This document shows, in pieces, positions 51,308 to 61,200 of a stretch of DNA of 64,000 bases. The notes under the pieces were generated by a model, which had not been told where the DNA came from, did no database searches, and worked only from the letters and a program-made list of their open reading frames with translations. Positions within the stretch are counted from its first letter, which is position 1. Every line of letters begins with the position of its first letter. The translations under genes were made by a program, and so were the position numbers. The DNA comes from a virus: IMG/VR virus record IMGVR_UViG_3300009159_000032. The stretch is one strand, 5' to 3'.

Positions 51308-51988
51308 ATGATACCAATCATAGAATTTAATCCTAATCCTTTTACTGATCACCTTAAACAAAACTGGAAAGGCATTAGAGACGAGTACTACTGGTACTTA
51401 AAAAAACACGGCATCATGGACGAGAATAATGTTATAACACAGAAAAAACTTCAAGATCATAATCCGTTGCCTAATTCAAACGACAGTTTATATACAAAAG
51501 AATGGACCAGCGATGGATTCTTTGTTAGACCAAATATCTTATGTGAAGATCAGCAGGCAAGAATACATTGGGGAGACGAGCCCTATCGGATGAAACCTGA
51601 AATATATGAATGTCCTAATATTTTACACATATACGAAACATGGAAAGAACATCTGGGGTCAATAGTGTTTAATATAAGTTATCCTGGCTCAGTATTAAAT
51701 CATCACTACGGAGTTGACCCTCAATATATCAGGATGCATGTCTGTATTAAAACAGAAGAACATTGTACATTTGATGTTGAGAATTATAGACGAGGCTGGA
51801 AGGACGGAGATGTTTTTGGTTTTGATGATGCAAATTGGTTTCATGGAACAAATCACAGTGTAGAAGGCAAACACGAACGAATTATATTACTAGTTGATAT
51901 TGCTAAAACACTAGTAAAACCTTGGGCAAAGACTTGGCCAGTACGTGATAAACGCCCGTTAGAGACTGTAAAAATTAATCCCTGGTAA
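51308..51988 (+). CDS. Aspartyl/asparaginyl beta-hydroxylase-family 2OG-Fe(II) oxygenase
   Basis: F..SYPGSVLNHHYG..RMHVCI..W.DG....FDD..FHG..H....RIILLVDI. Confidence 0.8.
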   Translation: MIPIIEFNPNPFTDHLKQNWKGIRDEYYWYLKKHGIMDENNVITQKKLQDHNPLPNSNDSLYTKEWTSDGFFVRPNILCEDQQARIHWGDEPYRMKPEIYECPNILHIYETWKEHLGSIVFNISYPGSVLNHHYGVDPQYIRMHVCIKTEEHCTFDVENYRRGWKDGDVFGFDDANWFHGTNHSVEGKHERIILLVDIAKTLVKPWAKTWPVRDKRPLETVKINPW

Positions 51989-51991
51989 ATA
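51984..51991 (+). promoter_or_regulatory. Late promoter GGTAAATA
   Basis: Overlaps the hydroxylase stop; precedes a structured leader and 52070. Confidence 0.65.
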
Positions 51992-52069
51992 CACTGTTCG
52001 CTCTTAATTGAGAGTTTATGCGGCACCCACCGCGTAGGCCTAGAACGCCAAACACAAAGGAGAAAACAA

Positions 52070-52996
52070 ATGGGACGTCCGATTCAAAAGAAATATTTTG
52101 GTAATACAAATTACCCGTATGACAATGACAGCACTGGTGGATTTACAGGTCTAGGGGGCGAAGGTGTTGCCTCAGTTACAATCAGTAACAGCGGTACTAA
52201 CTATTCTGTAGGTACAGTGGGAGCATTTTCTGCACCTAATATTGCAGGCGGTGTACAAGCTCTAGGTACTTTAGAAATTATTGGTACTGGAGCACTTCGC
52301 GGTAAAATTATGAGTGTAACTGTTACTGAACCTGGTACAGGTTATACAGCAGCACCTACATTTACCTTAACTACAGCAACTGCCGTTACATCTGCAACAA
52401 CAGGTACTAACGGTGCAACAAGATTATACCCGGCAGCAGTCGCTGGTATTGTTGTTGGTATGTTAGCTGTTGGTGCTAACGTAGGTACAAGTTCTTACGT
52501 AACAGCAGTAGGTGCAAACTATGTTGATGTAAGTGCAACAAATGCAAATACTGTTAACGCTTCGGTAAAATATCAAGACAATGGTATTGGTTTTGCTAAC
52601 ACTGTTGCAGCAACATCTTCAAAAGTTGATGCTATTACAATTACATCATATCTAACCACAGGCTCAAGTGCTGTTAGTGGTGGCGATATTATGAAACAAG
52701 TTGGTTCACGTCGTTACAAAGTACGTAACAGTCAAGGCGTTGGAGTAGTCAAACTAACTACAGGTACCAACGGTGCTGGAACACTAGCTGCAGGACAAAT
52801 GAGTGTTGTTGGTACTGACTGGGGTGGTTCAACATACTACTTTGAAAAAATCAATGCTAATACTGGTCGTGTGTTTACAAGAACTAGTACTAGTACTGCT
52901 GTATTCTCAGACGGTCAACTTGCTAAATGGACCATTGGTGCTGCTACAGGTACAACTGTTGCAACTGCACTTATTTCAATCTCTCATACAATTTAA
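52070..52996 (+). CDS. Virion structural protein (head/fibre decoration candidate)
   Basis: MGRPIQKKYFG N-terminus; T/G/A/S-rich; IMKQVGSRRYKV; own late promoter, strong SD and terminator suggest high expression. Confidence 0.65.
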   Translation: MGRPIQKKYFGNTNYPYDNDSTGGFTGLGGEGVASVTISNSGTNYSVGTVGAFSAPNIAGGVQALGTLEIIGTGALRGKIMSVTVTEPGTGYTAAPTFTLTTATAVTSATTGTNGATRLYPAAVAGIVVGMLAVGANVGTSSYVTAVGANYVDVSATNANTVNASVKYQDNGIGFANTVAATSSKVDAITITSYLTTGSSAVSGGDIMKQVGSRRYKVRNSQGVGVVKLTTGTNGAGTLAAGQMSVVGTDWGGSTYYFEKINANTGRVFTRTSTSTAVFSDGQLAKWTIGAATGTTVATALISISHTI

Positions 52997-53009
52997 ACTC
53001 AATTGTATA

Positions 53010-53039
53010 ATAAGAAAAGGGCTTAGGCCCTTTTCTTAT
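53010..53039. terminator. Bidirectional intrinsic terminator
   Basis: Perfect 13-bp stem ATAAGAAAAGGGC-TTAG-GCCCTTTTCTTAT. Confidence 0.9.
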
Positions 53040-53044
53040 GATCT

Positions 53045-53052
53045 GCTAAATA
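53045..53052 (+). promoter_or_regulatory. Late promoter GCTAAATA
   Basis: Just after the terminator, upstream of 53071. Confidence 0.6.
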
Positions 53053-53070
53053 TGTATAAAGGAAATCTGC

Positions 53071-54099
53071 ATGGCAACGGACGTAATTAGATACTCTGGT
53101 GATTTAAAAATAGCAACTGCTGTTGGCGGAACTATGACGTTTGACACCGGCGTCAATACTGGCAGTGTGATTATCACCGGTAATCTAACTGTAAGAGGAA
53201 CGCAGACTTATATCAGTTCTACAAATACCAATGTTACAGATAACATATTAGTTTTGAATTCTGGCGAAACCAACGGCTATGTAACCTTGGGTCAAGCAGG
53301 TATAGTAATTGATCGAGGTAATAACGCTAGCTCAACTTCGTCAGCACAGTTAATCTATGACGATACACAACCGTGGTCTGCTTATAGATATACTGCTACA
53401 ACTGGAACATCATATTCAGGACAATGGGTTGTTAAAGCACAAAATAAATTAAGTGCGATTCAAGTCTCAGCAATTAGGTTTGACGGACTGGGTCCTGAGA
53501 ATGACGGTAGATTAAATTTACTTGGCCGTGGTGTAGTAGGTATGTTGTCCGTTGCAGGACAAAATAATTATGCCAGTCGTGTTACACATGATGATGATAT
53601 TCCAAACAAGTCTTATGTTGATAATCGACCGTTTAATGGTTTGGCTACTTCAGCCGAATGGGCAGCGGTTTTAAAAGAAAGCACCGGTTCGGACACTTCT
53701 ATAGTACCAGCCGACAGTGCATTTTCTGGAGTTCCTAGTAAAATAACTACTTACATTGATGGTGTAACCAATATTATTGTACAACAAGGCACTGTTCAGT
53801 TTACCGGATTATCATTTATTGGTAATACAATTAGACCAAATACTAACAACACTAACCTAACTCTACAAACACAGGGTACAGGTACGGTTGTTGTAAATAA
53901 TGGACTGACAATTGGTTATAGTGCAGCAGCTCCTCAACCAAATGCTACCAGTGTAAAAATTTATACAACATCAACTCTAGGTGCTGGCAGTACAGGAATT
54001 ATGTTTACAACATTAGATAGAAGAACAATACCATCTAGTACTGCCCGTGGAGAATTAATTTCAGCAAGAAAGGCACTTGTCCTTTCAATAATATTTTAA
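53071..54099 (+). CDS. Fibre-associated structural protein
   Basis: GNLTVRGTQTYI..VTDNILVLNSGE..AGIVIDRG module shared with the 807-aa fibre; SD AAGGA. Confidence 0.65.
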   Translation: MATDVIRYSGDLKIATAVGGTMTFDTGVNTGSVIITGNLTVRGTQTYISSTNTNVTDNILVLNSGETNGYVTLGQAGIVIDRGNNASSTSSAQLIYDDTQPWSAYRYTATTGTSYSGQWVVKAQNKLSAIQVSAIRFDGLGPENDGRLNLLGRGVVGMLSVAGQNNYASRVTHDDDIPNKSYVDNRPFNGLATSAEWAAVLKESTGSDTSIVPADSAFSGVPSKITTYIDGVTNIIVQQGTVQFTGLSFIGNTIRPNTNNTNLTLQTQGTGTVVVNNGLTIGYSAAAPQPNATSVKIYTTSTLGAGSTGIMFTTLDRRTIPSSTARGELISARKALVLSIIF

Positions 54100-54108
54100 G
54101 GATTAGAA

Positions 54109-54429
54109 ATGGCAATCGCAAACGCACAACTAAGTTCATCAGCAAAGACTCCAGTTTTTGTGGCCGCAGGAGAAAACGCAGTTACTTGTATTATATTTTG
54201 TAATACCAGTTTAACTACAGATGCAACAGTATCTGTTTGGTTAGTACCTGCAACAATACCTGCCAGTGCAGCTAATCAAATTATCAATGAAATATCTGTT
54301 CCAGCAGGTGAAACTTTCAGTATTGACACAGAACGATTTATCATGGAAGACAGCGATAGTATACAAGCTCAAGCTAGTCAAAACTTAATTGTAACTGCTA
54401 CTGTAAGTTACGTTTCAACAGGCCAGTAA
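54109..54429 (+). CDS. Small beta-sandwich fibre-associated protein
   Basis: 106 aa; VPAGETFSI..FIMEDSDSIQA; SD AAGGA. Confidence 0.65.
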   Translation: MAIANAQLSSSAKTPVFVAAGENAVTCIIFCNTSLTTDATVSVWLVPATIPASAANQIINEISVPAGETFSIDTERFIMEDSDSIQAQASQNLIVTATVSYVSTGQ

Positions 54430-54430
54430 G

Positions 54431-55150
54431 ATGAAATTTTATAAAAGACAATCATTAAACTCTCATAGTCCGCAAGACAATACATTTGCTGTTGAGCAAG
54501 ACGGCCGAGCAATTATTGACACTACACAGAGTTTGAGACTACCTAGAGGTATTATTAGCCAGCGACCTACTGACACAGTACCTGGACAGATTAGACAAAA
54601 TTCAGAATTATCTGAAATTGAAACACTGGTTAATGCTGTATGGGAACGTAATCGTACTGTGCGTCCAGGAACAATTACTGTACAAAATTTAGGCAGCGGA
54701 AACTATTATAGTAATATTTTTGGTCCTTTGAATTCTGACTATCAACCTAGTTATGATAAAAGTGCAGCGAATATACAAGTATATGTTGATAATGTATTTC
54801 AAATTCCTTTTACAAATTACGATATAACTAATGACCCAAGTCCAGTGTCAGCGGAGACAACAGCTACAAGTACCGCAACTAGCTCTATACTTTATCTTGA
54901 TAATGTTATAAATGTTCAACCAGGATGTACTGTTAGCGGTTCTGCTTCACTAAGTCCGGGCACAACAGTACTTGGAACACTTACTGGAACAACTTGGGTT
55001 GAAATAAGCAGTCCATTAGTCGGCAACATTAATCCAGCTGTTAATCTAACGTTTTCTTTTAATACCGGTAGCTATATTGCGTTCACAGGTGACGTCCCTG
55101 CAAAACCAGTTGTGGCTGTATTAGGCTACGACGGTTACTTCCCTCCATGA
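54431..55150 (+). CDS. Fibre-associated structural protein
   Basis: SLRLPRG....RP....GQIRQN; NIQVYVDNVFQIP; coupled to the upstream gene. Confidence 0.65.
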   Translation: MKFYKRQSLNSHSPQDNTFAVEQDGRAIIDTTQSLRLPRGIISQRPTDTVPGQIRQNSELSEIETLVNAVWERNRTVRPGTITVQNLGSGNYYSNIFGPLNSDYQPSYDKSAANIQVYVDNVFQIPFTNYDITNDPSPVSAETTATSTATSSILYLDNVINVQPGCTVSGSASLSPGTTVLGTLTGTTWVEISSPLVGNINPAVNLTFSFNTGSYIAFTGDVPAKPVVAVLGYDGYFPP

Positions 55151-55183
55151 TTTGGGCCTATAAAGCACAAATATTACTTTCCA

Positions 55184-55191
55184 AATAAATA
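55184..55191 (+). promoter_or_regulatory. Late promoter AATAAATA
   Basis: Intergenic; precedes a structured leader and 55283. Confidence 0.7.
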
Positions 55192-55282
55192 CATCGATGC
55201 CAGCGTGTCTGGCAGAGTTATACTGTGGTAAACCCGCAATGCAAGGTGGTTATCCGTGAAACTCGGTGTATAGGGAGCAATA

Positions 55283-58200
55283 ATGGCCGTAGGTCGTATT
55301 ACAGGCCCGCTACTCGCAAGCAATCTGCGAAGAGACGGTGTCGACATAGCGTTTGAAACAGATCTACTGTACCTTGATGTAGTCAATGGCCGTATTGGCA
55401 TCAAGAAAGATACACCCCTATTCGAGTTAGATGTAAACGGCACAATCAACGCCCATAGGATAATTGTTAATACTGCCACTATTGGCCTAGTAACAATTAC
55501 CAGTACTACTTCTAGTAGTACAATGTCCACAACATACGGACCAATCTCAATCATTCCAGGCGGAAATGATCAAATTAATTTAGATGCAAATACTTTTGTT
55601 AAAGGCGATTTGCATGCCACCGGTGATATTACTGCTGACGGAAATATTCGATTAGGTGATACAACAGGCACTGATACACTGATAATTGATGCCGAAATCA
55701 AATCTGATGTGTTACCTTATATTAGCACAGGCTCAGTTGAATTTGTTGGAACAACCACCGCAACAATTTTTGTTACTAACACTAACATAGTTTCTGAATT
55801 TAGTTTAGGTAATACTAGTTCTTATTGGAACAACTCATATTTAGAAAATATTTTTACACGCCAGATTGACACTGCTGGCACTGCAACTGATATACAATTC
55901 TTTCCAGACATTCCGTTATTAGAAAGAACACTGAATAAATCAGTGACCATTAATGGGGATATTCGTGTTTACGGCGGAAATCCAATTGGTACGTTCCCAG
56001 TTGTAAACAACATTCTATATGTAAATGAAAACGGTAGTGACGACAATGACGGCCGTGCAATGGACTCTAGTCGTGCATGCCGTACAATTACTGGAGCAAC
56101 TAATAGTCCTTATTTTAAACAAGGCACAATTATTAGAGTAGCGCCGGGATACTACGCTGAAAATAATCCAATTAGATTATTGCCATATACATCGGTAGTT
56201 GGAGACAGTCTTAGAGCAGTGTTTGTTGAAGCAATGAATAAGACAGTAGACTTGTTCCATGTTAATTCTGGAGTATATATCACTGGTATGACTATGTTAA
56301 ATCTTCGCAGAGGAGAAGTAACTAGATATGCACCAGGTGGTGCAGGAACTTATACTACAGGGGCATATTGTGTGGCCTTCCCCCCATTACTTGATGATCC
56401 TATTGATGTATTCCACAGTCCTTATATTCAAAACTGTACCAATCAATCAGGTCCTTGGTTGTATGACGGTACAATGTTTTTACCAAATCAGACTGTACAA
56501 ATTCCTTTAGTGGTTGCAACTTCAACTTATATTGCAAATACTACTTCATTATTAGTAACAATACAGCCAGAAATTACTGCACAGCAACTAGAAATTGGAA
56601 TGTCAGTTAACGGATCTGGAATAACAATTGACGTTGATGTACCCGTTGCTACAATTGAATCTATTGAAAATCCAATTAATGGATATCGCTCTGCAAAATC
56701 ATTACTAACTTTAAATAAAGAGTTCATTAAAGATGAAGTGATTGCTTATGTTTACAATACATTTCCTGGATTCAGTTTTGACGAAACTGTTTGTCGCAGA
56801 GACACAGGATATATTGTTAATGCACTGATAAATGATGCCATACTAGGTGGTAATCAACAAATAGTTGAAGCAGGCCGTGCATATTATGAAGGCAACGTTC
56901 AAATACTAGGTGACGAACTAGGCCCGACAATAGCTGCTTTTAGAAGAATTAAAGATATTTCTTTAGATATTGTTGATAATGTTTCTGTAGTTAAAACTAC
57001 AGGCAACTCTGCAACTCAAACTATTAACACTTCAACTACTGGTGGTGCAATAGCTCAAGAAAATATTGTCATGCTAATAGATTTATTAGTTGACATATTA
57101 GAAAATAATGCAGGTTATGAAAATGCTGCTGCATTACTTAACGCTAATCGAGGATTCATTCAAGCTGAGACAGTGGCATTTGTAAACGAAACTTATGTAG
57201 GACAGCCTCTACCAAGTTTTACATATGACAGAGGTAAATGTTTTAGAGATGTTGGGTACATTGTTGATGCTGTTGCTAATGATTTATTATACGGTGGTAA
57301 CCAACAGTCTGTAGCAGCCGGTGTTGCTTATTGGACTGGAAATACTAGTTTAATACCTGGAGAAGTGGACGAAACAATAGCAGGGTTTACATATCTTGCA
57401 TCAATCGTTAGAGATATAGTTTTACAAAATGAATTCAAAGACGGATACCAAACAACGGTTACGCAGATAACAAATTTAACCACAGGTAGTAATGCGGCTA
57501 TTGAGTTAGTTGCTCGAAATGTTGGTATTATCAATGATATCTTAACTAACGGAGCAGACGCTGCACCAACTGTTATTAATAATTCGTTAACGCCTAGTTC
57601 AATTCCTGGAGTTACTGCTAGTTACAATTTAATTGTTGCAAATAAAAATTTCCTACAACACGAAGTTGTCAAATACATCGATGTCACGTTTACAAATTTA
57701 GATTTTGAATACAATGCTGTTAAGTGTGCTCGCGATACAGGATTAATTTTAGATGGGCTAGTATTAGACTTAGTTTATAACAGCAACAGTCAAAGTACGT
57801 TTGCTGGACTACAATATTGGGACCACGGTAGCACAGTGATTCCTGGAGAAGAAACAACTACAACAAACGCATTTGCATATTGTAAAACTGCAACTCAAGC
57901 ATTGTTAGCAGCAAACACTTCTCTAAGTACATCGTCATCGATCTTATTAGGACAGAAATTTGATGTATTCTTAGGTATATTGAACACTGGAACTAATGGA
58001 GTAACTGATATTATTGTTCCTAACGGCGTCATTAATTCAATGTTACAGCCTGTGGTTGACTACATACAATCTGAAAAATTGAATATAATTCAAGATACTA
58101 TTGATTGGATTGAAGCAAATAAAACTCCAGGATTCACTTATGACGATACAAAATGTCGAAGAGACATTGGCTATGTATTAGATTCAGTATGCATGGACAT

Positions 58201-61200
58201 ATTACGTGGCGGCAACAGACAAAGTGTACAAGCAGGTGTTTATTACTTTGGATATGACACAACCAGCACAGTACTAATTAACGAAATTCCTCAAACTAAT
58301 GCAGCTTATAAGTTCATGAAATCGTTAATTGACAAAGTTGTACAACGAGTTACTGTTACAAAAACTTATCAATCATTAGTTGAACAAAATACAGATCCTG
58401 TTGGAGCAACTGTACAAGAGTCTAGAGCAATTAGCAACAACATCGATCTGATTAGAGATATAATTAGAAAAGGACCTGCGGCTGCTCCAGAAAGAACACC
58501 GTTACCATTAACCCCTACTACTTCGACTAACATTGCCCGTGCATACGACATACTAACTGTAAATAGAGATTTCATTGTTGCAGAAGTAGTTGAATTTGTC
58601 AATGCAACTTTTATTCAACCATACGCATTTAATTATAATGAAAGCAAGTGTTTTAGAGATGTGGGATTAATTGTTGATTCTATTGCTACAGATATTATTC
58701 GTCGATCAAATACTAATTCATTAGAAGCAGGTTTAGCCTACTGGGACGGTGCAGTTAGTGTTATTGAAGGACAATTAAAAGAAACATCTGGAGCAATTCA
58801 ATATGCAAAAACAATAGCTCTAGATGTTATTGCAAATAATCCTGTTACAAGTTTCTATCAAAAGTCTGTAATTTATACTATACCAGGCACTACCTCCACT
58901 ACTAGTACTAGCGTAGTACAACAAAATATTAATTCTCAATTGCCAGGCGGAGAAGTTGCAAGAGATTTAGTGGACAGTAACTTTAATGCAATTACTACCA
59001 TTATACAGAATGGTCCTGCATACGCACCTACAAGTACAAATTCAACCCTTACACAATTTATTATTAATCTAAGCACTGTAACTAATAGTTCAGCGGTAGA
59101 AGACATTTTATATTTTGGAGAAACTTCAGTTTACCCAGTTGAAGATAAAAAAATGCCAGGAGAGTGGAGTGAAGACGGCTATGCTGACAGAAGAATTGAT
59201 CCTAATGGTTCAGGCGGCGGCGCCCTAGTAGACGGAAATGCTCCATCTCGTCGTAGTCCAATTAATTCTTTTGTATTTGATGCGTTTACACAAATTACTC
59301 AAGGCGGTCGAGGCATCCATATCATTAACGAAGGGTACGCACAGCTAGTATCTGTGTTTACAATTTTTTGTAATGTTGCCGTTGAAACTGCATCAGGCGG
59401 CATTGCTTCAATTACTAATTCAAACAATAACTTTGGTGACTTATGTTTGTTATCTACTGGTTACGGTTCAAGAAAGTTCGGCGGAACTATTTACAATCCG
59501 GCTAATCTTGCCTATAACGAATTAACTAATGCGTTTGAACCAAATGAATATTTCCCTCAAGGATATTTCCCAACCAATCAACAAGTATGTGTATTTGTTC
59601 CCGACCCTGCAAACAGACCTCACATTAGTTTAGTAATGGAAGTAGTTCCTCCTGATCAATATGTTAACTATGACGGTCAAACTGTTCCGTATGTTAACGA
59701 ACAAGGATTCCCAGGATTCTTAACAGCAATTGTTAACACTTCAAGTCTAACAACCAGTAGTTATACCATTGAGGCAGTAGATGTTACAGGTGTTGCGGTT
59801 GGCCAAACTGTATACATACGTGACCAATTTGGCTATGAAGCAGACGACAACGGTGCAGGAACTCCATACTTATCAACTGGTACTATAGTAATTGATGTAA
59901 CATATCAAACCATTACTTTAAGCAATCCTATTCTTCAAGGCGGCGGCCAATATGCTAACAATAACTATTTTAATATCTACTGTTGTGGCAATGCTTATTA
60001 TAATGTTATCACAAGTAAAACTTCTGCAAGTCCTTATCCAACTGGACAGAGTAAAATTTTAGGACAAGAAACTGAGACGATTGACGCAGTTAATTACTTA
60101 AGAAACACTGCGATTTCTATAGTTAATAATCAACCCGTAAACGCGATTAACAACACTACAGAACAAACTTTTAATTTATTAAAAACAGGCAACGGCACTG
60201 AATCGTTTATACAAGACCAATTAGGAATTATTACAAATGTGATACTTTCAGGACCTCAAGCAGCTCCTGCAGAAACTACAACTGGTACACTATTAACTAA
60301 TAGATCAGGAGCAATTAGCTTACTTGAAGCAAATAAAATTTTCTTACAAGATGAAGTAGTTGCATATACTGATACAATATTTGGCGGATTTACATACGAT
60401 GAAGGCAAGTGTTCAAGAGATACAAAATTAATTATTGATAGTATTGCTATAGATATGCTATATCCTGGAACAAGCCAAAGTACTTTTGCTGGCTTACAAT
60501 ATTGGGATCAAAGTGAAAGTGCAATACCTGGCGAAGAAACTACTACAACAAATGCTATTACCTATGCTAAGGGACTAGCCGCAACAGTTGCATTAAGTGC
60601 AGGAGGATCAACTCCGTCTGGGATTGTTACTTCAAGATTTAACGATGTTTTAAGTATTATTGCATCTGGAACTGTAGGAATAACCGATGCTATTACATCT
60701 AACGGATTACCAAGTACTAATGTTAATACACTAGCAGCGTATACTGCTGTTGTTAATAATACATCAACTATTATTTCTCAAACGATTTCTTATATTAATT
60801 CTAATAATCCAGGATTTGTATATGATCAAACAAAGTGTCGTCGAGACTTACACTATATTTTAGATAGTGTAGCATTTGATTTGAAACACGGCGGTAATAG
60901 ACAGAGTGTAATGTCAGGAGTCTACTATTACAATTATAATAGTACTAGTACTGCTATCACTAACGAGATACCTCAGACAGTTGCTGCCTATAATTTTATT
61001 AAAGCAATTATTGGAGATGTAATTACAGGAACTCCTATATCACCAAAGTACCAAACAGTTGAAGTTCAGATAACAAACTTAACTCCGGCAACTGTCGCAG
61101 AGACCGCTACATTACAATCTAAAATTGATATAATTACAGACATCATTGCCAACGGCCCTGATGTTGCAGGACCAAAAGTTCCTGTAGGACTAACAATATC

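Noticed and set aside
53003-53011. TATAAT as a sigma70 -10 element
   Set aside because: No -35 or proper TGn extension; it overlaps the terminator arm.
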